In this document: positions 1 through 13,029 of the stretch, piece by piece | Layout of the letters: each line of letters starts with the position of its first letter | Numbering within the stretch: the stretch's first letter is position 1 | Source of the DNA: Octopus vulgaris | Taxonomy: Eukaryota | Reading direction: 5' to 3' | Assembly (NCBI GenBank): GCA_951406725.2 | Contig: OX597820.1 | Span: 79,422,001 to 79,486,000, forward strand | DNA: 64,000 nucleotides | Program-made: the position numbers and the translations under genes | The notes under the pieces: model-generated | Database searches by the model: none | What the model saw: the letters and a program-made list of their open reading frames with translations, nothing else | What the model was told of the DNA's origin: nothing

Positions 1-89
1 GGTGGAAGATTTTAATTCAAAACTTACGAAAACAAGACATTTGTACTACAAAGCCAGAGGTGTTTTCAGCCGGGTTGGTATCAGAAGAG
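1..89. mobile_element. Terminal part of a piggyBac-type non-autonomous element, inserted at a TTAA inside a SINE
   Basis: Ends in ...GGGTTGGTATCAGAAGAG|TTAA (90-93). The sequence after the TTAA resumes the SINE body seen uninterrupted at 3798-3900 (TTAAGGGTACACATGTCTATGGAGTGCTCAGCC...). Confidence 0.5.
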
Positions 90-93
90 TTAA

Positions 94-205
94 GGTATGT
101 GTGTTTGTGGAGTGCTCAGCCACTTGCATGTTAATTTCATGAGCAGGCTGTTCCATTGATCGGATTAACTGGACCATTTATCATCATAGCTGATGGAGAG
201 TCATG
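94..205 (+). mobile_element. 3' portion of tRNA-derived SINE (family C)
   Basis: GGAGTGCTCAGCCACTTGCATGTTAATTTCATGAGCAGGCTGTTCCATTGATCGG closely matches 3818-3900. Confidence 0.75.
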
Positions 206-721
206 CCACCCCAGGAGAAATAAGACGGGCTATACAATAAATTAAGGAAAGCTTGTGATGGAGCTATGTAAACAGACCAAAATAAATAAGATAGTTTTCT
301 AATTGATAAAATGTTAAATTGAGGAAGAAATAGTTTACATGTGAAAATACTTCTCATGAAAGTTGTAAACCTTGGTGATGGAGTAAACCATCGATGTCTT
401 TTTTTTTTTCTTACATTGGCACCAATCCTAAACTTTTTAAGAAGAATGAGATTTCATTTGATTTAACTGAGCATGTAGAATATCATTTTGCGTACGTTTA
501 TGATATACTACTGAACTGTTTTTGAGTTTTGCTGCATCTCAGGAAGGTCATTATGCCAACAGTAACACACACACACTGATTCTGTTTCACTTATTTGTCA
601 ACTGTTTAACCGTTTATTTGAGTATCTAATTCTTTGATTAATTGTTTGGTCAATCAGACAGCTAGGTTTGTCAAAGACCTTTTGTCGTCATTTGTGACCC
701 CTTCACTGACCTGCCGTAACA

Positions 722-1022
722 CAGTGGTTCTCAACCATTTTTTATCTGTGGACCCCTTTGATTATTATTTCATCCTGGTAGACCTCCCCCATAGCCATTC
801 AACATTTAAAAACTAGATTTATAGATACATCTTTCAAAATTCATATTTTGTTTATCACACATTCCCTTGTGTTGTCTGAACGATGTAAAATGTCAGAGAA
901 AAAAACCTAGTTGTTTTTTGAAATAAATACGTGTAAAGCAAATCTTTTTCATGCATCCAGTTTACTATTTTGATTCTGTGGACCTCCCAAGATCTTATAT
1001 GAACCCTGGTTGAGAATCACTG
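722..1022. mobile_element. hAT (Charlie-like) MITE
   Basis: TIRs CAGTGGTTCTCAACC / GGTTGAGAATCACTG. Degenerate 8-bp TSD CCGTAACA / CCCTATCA (6 of 8 match). Confidence 0.8.
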
Positions 1023-2039
1023 CCCTATCACATGAATTCACATCAAGAATCTTGTAAACCAAATACAAGGATGAAATGTCTTTGAGCTTTCTCTCTGCTG
1101 TATACCATTGCCATGTCGAGTATGACTTTTACTTTACAGGAAAAGCTCACTAAATAAGACATCGATTCCAACAATTTATGCTGATGGACCTCCAACACAT
1201 TGTAGAATAGAGAAACTTGTATCAGCCAAAGACTGCAGGATGATCAAAACTGATATTTTTGTAATGAGTTGCAGCTGGCTTTAATGCTGTATTCTTGGAC
1301 CAAATGATTGGTATTCTTAATCTTGGCAAAAACTGTTATTTGTTTGATAGTGATTAGTAAATCTTTTATTAAGAACATTGGTTTGATAATGACAGCAAAT
1401 CTCCATGGTTTTAATAGGATCACATTATATTGTTTCTTTAATCCTTTCATAGCAATATTTCCTATAAAGTACAGAATTAATTGAAAGTAATTGTTGCAAT
1501 TAATTCTGAAAAATGTCCCAAGTACAAAGAGATTTTGTAAAATAAATAACTTGTTCCATTATTAAACTGACGTTTGGAATTAGATCTGACAAAAGGTCCT
1601 TCATCATCCACTTTTCCATTCTTCCATGGCTCAGATAGAGTTTACTGCACCTGTTTTAGGTAATATTTCTCCATCGTCAGACATGGTCTCACAGGATATT
1701 GGTAATGGATGACACTGCTGGAGTCAGTAAAACTATTCTGACTCTGACTCACAATATTTTTATTCTTTAATATAAACCGGTTATAACATATAAGCCTACT
1801 CAAAGTACAAGCGTATACATATGCTTTCTGAGATATGTAGACCACTTTAATTACATAAAGGGAGTCGGAGTTGGAGGTGCCAATAGTAGAGGAGTCAGTG
1901 TTTTGTTTTGACTCCACAGCCCTGACTGCTTGTATGAGAGTGACACTCATTTACAACCACAAGGAGACTCAAACATACACTTGTATGCACTTACACACAC
2001 GCCTACACCCACCTGTCAACCAGGGTCTCAGTCCACACA

Positions 2040-2225
2040 GTATGTAATACATATACACACATGATGGGCTTCTGACAGTTTCCATCTGCCAAATCTACTC
2101 ATGAGGCTTTGGTCAGCCCAGGATTGTAGCTGAAGACAATTGTTCAAGGTGTCGCACAATGGGACTGAACCTAAAATCTTATGGTTTGGAAGCAAACTTC
2201 TTAACCACACAGCCATGCTTGTTCC
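2040..2225 (-). mobile_element. SINE family A, 5' half
   Basis: Reverse complement of the tRNA-like head and body (GGCTGTGTGGTTAAGAAG...GGTTCAGTCCC...ACCTTGAACAA). Confidence 0.75.
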
Positions 2226-2277
2226 TATAAAATTCTGCTGCAATGTTGTAATGTAGATATGAGTATTGCAAAACAAA

Positions 2278-2610
2278 CATAATCATCATCATTTAACATC
2301 CATCTTCCATGCTGGCATCGGTTGGATAATTTGACAAGGGCTGGCAAGCTGGAAGGCTGCACCAGATTCCAGTCTAATTTATCATGGTTTCTACGGCTGG
2401 ATGTCCTTCCTAATACCAACCACTCCAAGAGTGTAATAGGTGCTCTTATGTGCTACCAGCCAGATACCATTTGCGTGACACTGGTATCTGCCATGACTGA
2501 TTTTACTTGGCTTGATGGGTCATCTTCTCAAGCATGATATAATGCCAAAGGTCTCGGTCATTGCCTCTGTGAGGCCCCACACTCGGAAGGAGCTTTTCTC
2601 ATGCCACCAC
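2278..2610 (-). mobile_element. (GAT)n-tailed retroposon (family B)
   Basis: CATCATCATTTAACATCCATCTTCCATGCTGGCAT...GGCTGGATGTCCTTCCTAATACCAACCACTCC; many copies in the window. Confidence 0.75.
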
Positions 2611-2684
2611 CAAACTAAGGGCTGTTTTAGATGGGTTAATATCAAAAGTGTTAAATACCTTTATCTTGCATTGAATTTATGAAT

Positions 2685-3063
2685 TACTCTGTTGTGTCTC
2701 AGGAGAGTCATTCTCTTTTAGTACCTTACAATTTAACACACTCACCGGTAAAATTTCCACTCGTTTACTTATTTATTTTTCCTAAAATTTTCGTTGCATC
2801 TTGCAACATTTCCAATAATTGTTGACACTGTCCATTATTCAAGCTGCATTCTTTTTGTTTGTTTGTGCACACTGACCCACACACAAACAAACAAAAAGAA
2901 CACAGCTCGGATAATGGACAAAGCCAACAACTATTGAAGAGGTTGCAAGATTCAACGAAAACTTTAGGAAAATAAATGAGTAAATGAGTGGAAATTTTAC
3001 CGGTGATTGTGTTAAATTATAAGGCACTGAAAGAGAATGACTCTCCCCAGACACAACAGAATA
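2685..3063. mobile_element. Fold-back (palindromic) MITE, arms about 185 bp
   Basis: TACTCTGTTGTGTCT...AGACACAACAGAATA. Arms are reverse complementary along their length (e.g. CACCGGTAAAATTTCCACTC vs GAGTGGAAATTTTACCGGTG). Centre near 2872. Confidence 0.85.
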
Positions 3064-3530
3064 TGCTGCAACACATAAAGAATCTTGCAAACCAAATCCC
3101 AAAATGAAATATTGTAAATTACTCCTTTCTCTTTAATTACTAGATATATATAACTCTGTACTAATCTCTTTAAATTTTTTGATGGTCCACAACTATATGA
3201 AACTTGAGTTTTAATTTCAAAATATTTATCACTTATCAGAATGCGTTTACACTCAAGTTATGCCGTTGTAGTTGATTATTAGCTGGTGTGACTAGATCAG
3301 GTTTCATTAGCAGAGAACTACTAACATGGACGTATAGCAGTTTGAGTCATAGCTGCAAATATGCTGGGGTTTTCTTTTTTTTTTTCTCACTTGAATAATA
3401 AAGGCTCCAAAAGATTGGTTGCTTAAATCTTGTCAAACTGAAAAAAACCCCAACAAAAACAACAAAAAAGAACAAAACAAACAAGATAAGAAAACTCTAG
3501 TTGTTGACTTTTATTGATTATTTTGGAAAT

Positions 3531-3905
3531 GTGGAGGTGCAATGGCCCAGTGGTTTACGCAGTGGACTCATAGTTGTAGGATCGAGGTTTCGATTCCCAG
3601 ACTGGGCATTGTGAGTGTTTATTGAGTGAAAACACCTAAAGCTCCATGAGGCACTGGCAGGGGGAGGTGAAGAACCCTGCTCTACTCTTTCACCACAACC
3701 TTCTCTCACCCTTTCTTCCTGTTTCTGTTGTGCCTGTATTTCAAAGGGGCCAGCCTTGTCCCATTCTGTGTCACACTGAATTTCCCTGAGAACTACGTTA
3801 AGGGTACACATGTCTATGGAGTGCTCAGCCATTTGCACGTTAATTTCATGAGCAGGCTGTTCTGTTGATCGGATCAACTGGAACACTCGTAACCGACGGA
3901 GTTCC
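3531..3905 (+). mobile_element. Full-length tRNA-derived SINE (family C)
   Basis: A-box-like TGGCCCAGTGG and B-box-like GTTTCGATTCC. The 3' part is shared with 94-205 and 44390-44540. Confidence 0.75.
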
Positions 3906-4032
3906 ATCATTTTGGAAATAGAAATGCTGTTTAAGTAAAGAGGAATTCCTTTTGGTTCCAGCTTGCAGAATTTATACTGTTGGTACACCTGACTAAAACT
4001 GACAACTTGCTCAAGCTAAGATATATAATTGT

Positions 4033-4300
4033 GAAGGCATATGACCTAGTGGTTAAAGTTTTGCACTCCTGGTTGTAAGATTGCTGTCTCAATTCCTGGG
4101 TTGGGTAGTGTGTTGTGTTCTTGAGCAAAACACTTCATTTCACTTTGCGCCAATCTACTCAGCTGTAAATGAGTTCTGATAATACTGAAAAGTTAACCCT
4201 ACAATGGACTGCCATTCCATCCATGTGAGATCTCGGTCACTTACACACCATGGATAATTGGTTAAGCTTTGGCTTTATAAGTCTTAGTGCTCATGACAAT
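4033..4300 (+). mobile_element. Degenerate tRNA-derived SINE (family D)
   Basis: TGACCTAGTGGTTAAAG head and TTGTGTTCTTGAGCAAAACACTT core. Relatives at about 9440-9735, 18730-18990, 44230-44540 and 12440-12655 (-). Confidence 0.6.
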
Positions 4301-4897
4301 GCTACATATTATATTACAAGATATAAGATTAGATAAAGTAGAGATATTTTAACAGATGAGACATGTTTAGTAATATATTTTCCAACATTGCTGTTAGCAA
4401 TATGTGTGTGTCATTTTAAGTTTATAATTATTTCTACAATTTATTGTATAAATGACTATTTCATGAAGTCATCATTTGGTATTGTCAGCAAAGACCATGG
4501 CTAGTCTATGCTGTTTTTTCATACATTTTCAGCTTAAATTTATTTATTCACCCTGCCTTGCTTTGATTGATTATGACTTTCAGAAATAGTTATAGAATTA
4601 TTTTATTTAGCAGGAAGGCTATTGTGGTGTATGTTAACAAATCTGTGTTCATTAATTCTCCATTATTTCATGAGGTGACAGATTTTCTATATTCAGTTCT
4701 CATTTACATATAGGCCATTCTTAATGGATAAATTAAATGGTCATTAAGCCAAGTATATGAAAACCATATTTTTTAAAATCAGAAAATAATATAACAAAAA
4801 AAATTTTTTTTTTGTCAAAATGTGTCTCATTAATTTAGAATTAATGATACGCTAATATGACATTTTTATATTTGTAAGACAATCATATATGCATAAT

Positions 4898-5080
4898 AAT
4901 GGTTTCAAATTTTTGCACAAGGCCAGCAATTTCAGTGGCAGGTTTCAGTTAATTATACCAACCCCAGTGCTTAACTGGCACTTATTTCATTGACCCCGAA
5001 AGGATAAAAGACAAAGTTGACTTTGTGGAATTTGAACTCACAATGCTAAGTATGCCGACTATCCTGGCAGCTTACTGCCC
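4898..5080 (-). mobile_element. SINE family E fragment
   Basis: GACCCCGAAAGGATAAAAGACAAAGTTGACTTTGTGGAATTTGAACTC; relatives at 13590-13810, 43628-43820, 49795-49980 and 20670-20840 (+). Confidence 0.65.
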
Positions 5081-6093
5081 TATTTGATTGTATGTGATAT
5101 TCAGCCAAAGAAATTTCTCCATCTTGTTTTCTTTATCTTCCACTCATTTCAGTTATTGGACTGTGGTCATGCTGGGGCACTGTCTTGAAGGGTTTAGCCA
5201 GCAAATTGACCCCAGTATTTATTTTTAGTTCTGGTACTTATTGTATTGGTCTCTTTAGTTATTGGTACACAAACAAACCAACACTGCTTGTCAAGCGATG
5301 GGTGGGGGCAACATACACCAAAATACACATATACTTAAAAAAGCAACTAAGGTTTGGTGACTGGAAAGGCATCTAGCTGTAAGAACACTGCCGCAAAACT
5401 AACTCTTATCCAACATATTTCAGCACAGAAAAAAATACTGTCACCTGGGCATATTCAGTGCACCCCAATTTCAGTAGCGCCTATTTAGGAAAAACACTTA
5501 GTGCATTGGAACATGTAATGTAGACTTGACTTTGTATATAAGACATGGAGTGATAGAATTTGAGAAATGTTTTTGGAAAATAAGTGTCTTATATGGCATC
5601 AAATATAAGAGTAAAGACAATGATGATACCCTTTACTGTCTTAAAAGATGAGGAACATAATTGATGGTGTAGTGTTAAATATACAAAACTGCAAGACAGA
5701 CAATACTAGAATGTGTTAAAATGTTTTTGATCAAAGGTTTGCTCAGGGAAGACTGCTTGGAAACTAAACAACACCAATGGCAGTAATAGTGAAGGAGTGT
5801 CACTTCAAATTCTTTCATTATCTAGTAGCTTAGTACATCACTTAGTTGTTATCTTCTTCTGTCCCACCCAGTGCCTCTGAACTAGTTTCTTGTTTTAGCT
5901 AAAGTCTGTACTAATTCTGTATCACATGTTAAGTAACATTTGATTGGTGTGACCAAGATATTGTATATTGATTGGTCCATTTTAAACATAGGAAACAAAA
6001 ACTAGATGTTATGTTTAGAAAAATGTTCATTTCAATCTGACATTTTGTCTCTTTTCAGATATTTAGCATAGGAATAAACTTTATAAATATATA

Positions 6094-6470
6094 TCATCAC
6101 CACCATCATCATTTAACGTCTGCTTTCCATGCTGGCATGGGTTAGACAGTTTGACTGGAATGGGTAAACCAGGGAGCTGCATCAGACCCCAGTCTGATTT
6201 GGCATGGTTTCTACAGCTGGATGTCCTTCCTAACAGCAACCACTCCAAGAGTGTAATGGGTGTTATTATGTGCCACTAGCACATGTACCATTTACATGAT
6301 GTCAGCACTGGCTGCAAGTACACTTTCACAGGTGCCATTTACATAACATCGGTAGGGTGCTGTTTTGTCAGCAACGGCTACAACTATTCTTTCACAGGGG
6401 CCATTTACAGGACACCAGCAACAGCCATGACTACGATTTCACGGGTGCCATTTACAAGACACCGGCAGGC
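6094..6470 (-). mobile_element. Family B retroposon with internal ~45-bp tandem units
   Basis: (CAT)n tail on the + strand, the conserved CAGCTGGATGTCCTTCCTAA core, then repeated GTGCCATTTACA...TTTCAC units. Confidence 0.7.
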
Positions 6471-7194
6471 ATTTAAAATTAAAACCCCATTTGTGTTCTC
6501 TTTTTATACCTACATCACTCCTGCAACCAACCCCAGAGTCGGTACCTGTTGTATATATGTGTATTTGCGTGTACCTTTGTCTAGACATCACATTATAGTT
6601 GTAACCAAGCATGATGATGATGATGATGCACAAACAACATGTCCAGCACTGGGGAAATAACCCCTTGCTTGGAAACAGGTGAAGGTTGGTGACAGAAAAG
6701 GCATCCAACATGGAAAAGTGAATGTTAAACGATGATGATGATGTAGACTGACCATGCGTTTGGAGTTATTAGATGCATAGTTTTGGAAAACCTGTTCTTT
6801 CGTTTTGCCCTTGCCATTCTTATAATTGGCAAGAAGACAATGGTTGGTTTTTTTTTTCCTTTTGTGACTACTTTGTTATCTGACCTAAATATTTTCAGTA
6901 CCAAAAATTATATTTAATGTAGTAAATTACTAGATTATATGGTGAGAAATTCAGTAGGATTTAATCTGTTTACAATTTAAGTATGTGATATTGTTAATTT
7001 TCATTACTGCTCTCATATCACTGAATACTGAGTTTTGGGATCATCACATGTCTGCATTAATGAGAATCTGTTAATTATTCTTCAGACATTCCTTTACCTG
7101 TAGTTAAGGCTCATATTAGGTTATTATTTTCTGCCCCTTTTTCCATGCTGGCATGAGTTAGATGAGTGTACTGATGAACCCTTACCCTTTTTTT

Positions 7195-7533
7195 TTACCT
7201 CCACCTTATTGAAGGCAGCGGTATTGTTTTCTGTCGTGTTTGTTTATTTGTGAACTAGATATCTCAAGAACCATGGATGGATTCAGATGAAACTTTCAGA
7301 GATGTTTGGCCTTGTGACTGGCACAAACTGCTTAGATTTTGGCATCGATCTGGTACCAGACAAGGATTCTGGATTACTTTTCCTGTTTTTTACTTAATTT
7401 TTGAGAGCAGTTGGGTCCATTTTTAGTATTCTCCTTTGTGAGAGCAGTCGAGTTTATTCCAGATACTCTCATCCTTGGCTAATCACTGAAAAGACGTTGA
7501 CATTGCCTTGGCAGAGGTTTGTGCTCTCTGAGC
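7195..7533 (+). mobile_element. Non-autonomous Helentron/HINE-like element
   Basis: Starts in a T-run with ACCTCCACCTT...GAAGGCAGCGGT (5' inverted motif) followed by GTTT microsatellite. Ends with sub-TIR CCTTGGCAGAGGT and a short 3' hairpin GCTCTCTGAGC. Confidence 0.6.
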
Positions 7534-7614
7534 CTTGAGATACATGGTTGGGAAGCAAGTTTGTTAACCATATAGCCTTGCCTGGCTATGGCAAACCCAT
7601 CCAACCCATATCTT

Positions 7615-7980
7615 TTATCTTTTACTTGTTTCAGTCATTAGACTGTGGCCATGCTGGGGCACCACCTTGGAGAAGTTTTAGCCAAATAAATCAACCTTAG
7701 TACTCTTTTTATTTTATTAAGCCTGGTACTTTTGTCAGTCTCTTTTGTCAAACGGCTAAGCTACAAGGACATAAACAAACTAACACTGGTTGTCAAGTGG
7801 TGGTAGGAGACACACACACACACACACACATGTACGTACATATACACAATGAGCTTCTTTCAGTCTTTGTCTACCAAACCCACTTTCGAGCCTGAGGCTG
7901 TAGTAGAAGACATTTGCCCAAGATGCCACACAGTGGGATTGAACCCAGAGCCATGTGTTCTTACCACACAACCACACCTT
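7615..7980 (-). mobile_element. SINE family A, near full length
   Basis: TTTTACTTGTTTCAGTCATT tail, internal (CA)n tract, reverse-complement tRNA head. Confidence 0.75.
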
Positions 7981-8314
7981 CGCCTGTTGAGGAAAAAGAA
8001 GTGAAAAAAAAGATGACAATGATGTTCATTCTCTTCATAAAAGCTTTAGTATTTACCACTGACCTTAATGAAGAGTTCATTTATCATTGTTAGGCCTCAC
8101 TGACTGCAGTGACTATTTGGAGGGTCTCATTATACTGCTTAGCTCTGTCAACCTTGTTTTAAAATAGGAACTTCATGGTTGAGTGATTGTCATTAGGAAA
8201 CACCTCTGGCTCTAAATTCCTATCTAGCAACAATATATATTATTATTTGACCTCCATGCCATATACATTCTATCAAGATCTGTACAGAGAGTTAAATGTG
8301 TTAAAATAGATTAA

Positions 8315-8516
8315 CCCTTTAGTATTCAGCTTTCTCTATCAAATGTAATTCTTGTTTATTCACTTTGTCTTGAATTAATCATGCATTATTCTCATAGCTT
8401 TGAGATTTCTGTACAATGACATTGTAGAGTAGGTGTGAGAAGCTGGAGAGGATCAGTTTGAACATAAAACAGGTAGATTATTTGGGCCGGATATTATCAG
8501 TTTAAATGCTAAAGGA
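8315..8516. mobile_element. piggyBac-derived MITE (~200 bp)
   Basis: TTAA|CCCTTTAGTATTCAG at the left and TTTAAATGCTAAAGG at the right. Both ends resemble the termini of the 21581-23382 piggyBac. Confidence 0.75.
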
Positions 8517-10023
8517 TGGAAGACATGTAACTCTCTCAACTTGAATATCAGTAGCTTATATGTTTTACTTGCTTTAGTCATTGGGTGACAGAATAAGAAC
8601 CAGGGTTGAAAAGGAATAAGCCCTGGGGGTGATTTTGTTCAGCTACAAAGCTTTCAGTGCTTCTGCATGACCACAGTCTAATGACTGAAACAAGTAAAAG
8701 ATGATGAGTAATTGCAATTTCTTTTTATGGTTGGTCTCAAAAATCACCAAAGTTGTTTCTCATAGTTCTCACACACATGAAAGATTTTTTAATAATACAA
8801 AATGATGTCATTCTCTGTTCACCTAAAATCAAGTACATTTAGTTTAAACACACACATAGACACATAGACACGCACACAGAGGTTTGTGTACTTCAAAATA
8901 ATACCACTATTTTATGAATAGTTTTACTTTTATTAAATTTTGTGATTTGTTTTGTTTATTTTTTCATCTTGAGTGAGGTGTGAGAAAATGTGAGATTTTA
9001 AGGTTTCATTTCTTTGTTTGGCAGCCAGAGAAGGGTTTTAAAATGATAGGTAGGTAGGCAGATAGGCAGACAGGCACACACCTACAGACACACAGACAGA
9101 CAGATATAATATGTAAATAAAGATGATAGGGATAAGTATTTTACACACACACGCACACACACAGTATGTATTTGTATGTATATATATATATATATAAACT
9201 CTGAGCATACGTATATGCATGCATTTTATATATGCATATACATGCATTAGCATGTGTGTGTGTCTGCATGTGTTGTATGTGTATAAGAATAGCTAAAAAA
9301 ATGGGTAATAATGCAAAATGTTTGAAGTCATTGTCAAATAAGTTGGTCACAGATAAGACTCTAGAAAGTAGAAAATGTTCTTCACCAGCCACCAAACAAA
9401 ATGATGCTAAATGCAGATTGTAGACAGTGAAAATAATGTCCTAAATTCAATATAGTGAGTTTGATTCCTAGACCAGGCTGTGTGTTGTGTTCTTGAGCAA
9501 GACACTTTATTTCACATTGCTCCAGTCCACTTGGCTGTAGAAATGAGTTGCAATGACACTGGTGCCAAGCTGTATCAGCCTTTGCCTTTCCTTTGGATAA
9601 CATCGGTGGCATAGGGGAGGCTGGTATGCAGGGGTGACTGCTAGTCTTTCATAAATAGCTTTGCCTGGGCTTATGCCTCAGAGGGGAACTTTCTAGGAGC
9701 AATCCCATGGTCATTCATGACCAAAAGAGATCTTTAAGTTCATAGGTCATCAAGTTTGTGTGTCCACTTCTATTTTCTCTTACATTTCTTGCAAATTGTC
9801 TAAATTTCACAAACGTAACATCCATTTGAATACTCTTTAGCGATATAAATTATCATACATACATAAGTAAATTCCCTGTCATGTACAGAAGACTTTCCCA
9901 ACCAACTGGCTTTCATGCTGTTTTGGTTTTGTTCTTCATCAATTATACCTTCTCCACAAGTTTGTAACCGCATGCCTATGAGGGGAAACCATTATTTAAC
10001 TGAATTATTATTTAAAAAAAAAA

Positions 10024-10390
10024 TGGGGTTCCTCTAAAGGATCTCTGGAGTAACATTACTTGATAAGGTGTGTAGCTTGGAGATCAGGGAGTCTCTCTAG
10101 GTTGAACTGTTACTTCTCTGCATTGAGAGGTCACAACTCTGGTACTATCAACATTTGGTTATAGAATGTTGCTGGAAAAGATCGTAAGACAGATTCTTCA
10201 AGCTGGAGAACTAGGAGTAGACCAAGAAGGAAGTGGTTGCATGATATCCACACGCTCAATTGGTCATGTTTGGGAATCTAGCTAGAAAGTGTAATGTTGG
10301 TTGCTTGTGATAGGACCCCATGGAGGAGGTACCTGAAGATTCTAACACCATGGCTCACTTAGAAATAATATGTGTAGAAGATGGATGGGC
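10024..10390 (+). pseudogene. RTE-clade LINE 3' fragment (Expander/Rex3-like RT C-terminus)
   Basis: Translates with stops to GFL*RISGVTLLDKVCSLEIRESL*VELLLLCIERSQLW...; ends in a GATGGATGG tail. Second copy at 43195-43545. Confidence 0.75.
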
Positions 10391-10929
10391 AGGGTATTAA
10401 GAAACTAACTGGACACCTCTATAGTAGCTATCTCTTTTATAGATGGCGGACAGATCATAATTCCTGTGAAATCTGTGAATTATTAAGTTTCCATGGCTTT
10501 ATTGGTTCTCATCAATAGGTTGATTTCATTTTTGTTTAATTTAGCAATTTAATTATTTTCAGAATGCTGCACTCCACCTTAGCTTCAATTAATTCATATA
10601 TTTGGATCTTCATTAATTCAATATTCATTATTTGAAACTTAATGTTGCTTTGATCAAATTAGTTTCTTCTTTTGTATTACTAATGTGGTTAATAGGCCTT
10701 TTATGTAAACATTTTGTGTGGAAACCCACATTATATAAGGCTTGAAGTAAATCACTGACAGGGTTGCTAGATTGATTGGGTTACAAGTAACAAATTGTGT
10801 TACTTGTCACGATTGCACATTGTCATTTTGTCTTTTAATTATAATTCACTTGCTACTTGGATATTTTGAAAGAATGAGTTTTATTGAATAGCATATCAAA
10901 TTATCAACTATGTAAAGTAGAATAGTCTT

Positions 10930-11355
10930 ATGGAGGCAGTGTTGTTGAGAAGATGGCTCCCCAATCATGTGGCCTCAGGTTCAATCCCAGTGCATGGCAT
11001 CTACTATGTAGCCCTAGGCCAACCAAATCCTTGCAAGTGAATTTGGTAAATGGAAACTGAAAGAAGCTTCTGTGTGTGGGTGTATACACACACACACCCA
11101 TCCCATCATGGAAAATGGATATTGAGAGATAGAGAGGGATGGATGGATGTGTATATCTGTGTTTGTCTGTCCCCTCTACCATTTGGCAACCAGTGTTGGT
11201 TTGTTAATGTCCCTGTAACTTAGCAGTGGTTGGCTAAAGACACTGATAGAATAAGTACCAGATTTTAGAGAGTAATTATGGGAATCGATTTGTTTAGCTA
11301 AACCTTTGAAGTTGGTACTTCGGTATGACTGCAGTCTAACGGCTAAAGCAAAAGA
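10930..11355 (+). mobile_element. Diverged SINE family A
   Basis: GGTTCAATCCC B-box, GGAAACTGAAAGAAGC motif, and tail TAACTTAGCAG...GATAGAATAAGTACC. Confidence 0.65.
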
Positions 11356-13029
11356 TATATACATATTAGTGTCCCCACCAGTGTTGGTGCCCTGTAAAAA
11401 GTACCTAATACACACTGTAAAGTGGTTGGCATTAGGAAGTACATCCAGCTGTAGAAAGCAGACACTGGAGCCTGGTGGAGTTCTATGGCTTGTCAGTTCC
11501 TGTCAAACTGTTCAACCCACCCATATCGTCATGGAAGATGGACATTAAATGATAATGATAAAGGAAAATTTTCAATTTGGATTTTTTTTAACAGAATCTC
11601 TTACTTTTTTGAAAATGTTGTTACTTTTATTTTATGGAAAGTGATTTGGCCACCCCAGTCACAAATGATTGAAAATATATGTTAATCCTAATCCTGTTCA
11701 CATGCTCTCATCATTAGCCAGAGTTTTAACATAGAAAACTATTTTTTTAAGTAGTGTCTATATTTACTTACACACAGTGGATTACATCATATACTGTGTT
11801 TGTGATATATAATTAATCCAGATACTGCTCTTATACCTGACCAGGTTAAGAATTTCAAACAACAGGTGTCTTGAAGTCATAATTAGTGAATCTGTTGTCA
11901 TAACAACATTTATGGCAGTGGAATCTTGTTCTGTTTCTAAGTCAATTACACCATTCTCCCAGATCTCCAGTTAATACAAGGTTAGTTATCGTATTCTGTC
12001 AGTTAATTCCAGCACTTTATGAAGTATTTGATTGATTAATTTCTATTCCATATTCACTAGAATTAATTTAGTTACTTGTCTGATTCACTTTGAACTCTAA
12101 ATTTTCAAAAACATCCTAATCTAAATTTCTTTTATTCAATATTGTTGCTGGCTCATCTCATTTTTCATTTTTTTTTTTTGTCTCATTACTTTATTAATCA
12201 TAATTCTTATTTTTTTCTTTCAATTCTGTTTGTCTCTCCTTCTCCCTGTCTCTGTCTCTCTCTGGTTGTATTGGCAGTCAGTGGTGGTGGGTCTATGATT
12301 AAGCACTTCTTGTCAAATGGTCACTGTGTGTTTGTGTTTCCTTGTTTTGATATCACATGTTAGTTGTAAACAAGTGATCTCACCTTACAAATAGTTTTTG
12401 TTGATTTCCAATCTTGCGTGAAGGCATGTCTCAAAATCCTTGTCCTCACCCCTGAACATGACTGTCTTGAGTTCTGAGACTCACAGGAGTGAGTTACCTG
12501 GTTTCCATAGCAAAGAAGTGACTGGGACCACAACAGTTCCCCTGAACAGGATACTAGTCTATTGTGGGATTTCTCATTTTCTACAGCTGAGTGGACTGGA
12601 GCAATGGGAAGTGAAGTGTCTTGCTCAAGAGCACAACATCCTGCCTGGTCCAGGAAGGGTATCTGTCCATAGAAAATTTACTTCAGAGAATTCCATCTGA
12701 CCCATGCAAGCATGGAAAAGTGGACATAAAACAACAATGATGATATAAGTTTTCAGTTATGAAACATTCGTGTAATGGAGTGCTTCCTCCATAAGCTGAA
12801 TTGCTTTAAATAACATTTATTAATCTGATAAAATGGAAATTGGTTGGGTGAATCGGAAGAAGTATCTTGCATAAATGAGGTGATAAATCTAATTAAAAGA
12901 TATAGCAATTATGAATTGATAGGTGCATACATGCTAAATTCACATTTATGCATATGAAGATGCAGAAGAAATGTTTCTCTTTAAGAGGCTATTATTAAAT
13001 GCTCGTTATTCTTGGATTATAATGAATTA

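Noticed and set aside
3518-3988. 156-aa ORF (-)
   Set aside because: It lies almost entirely on the antisense strand of a SINE.
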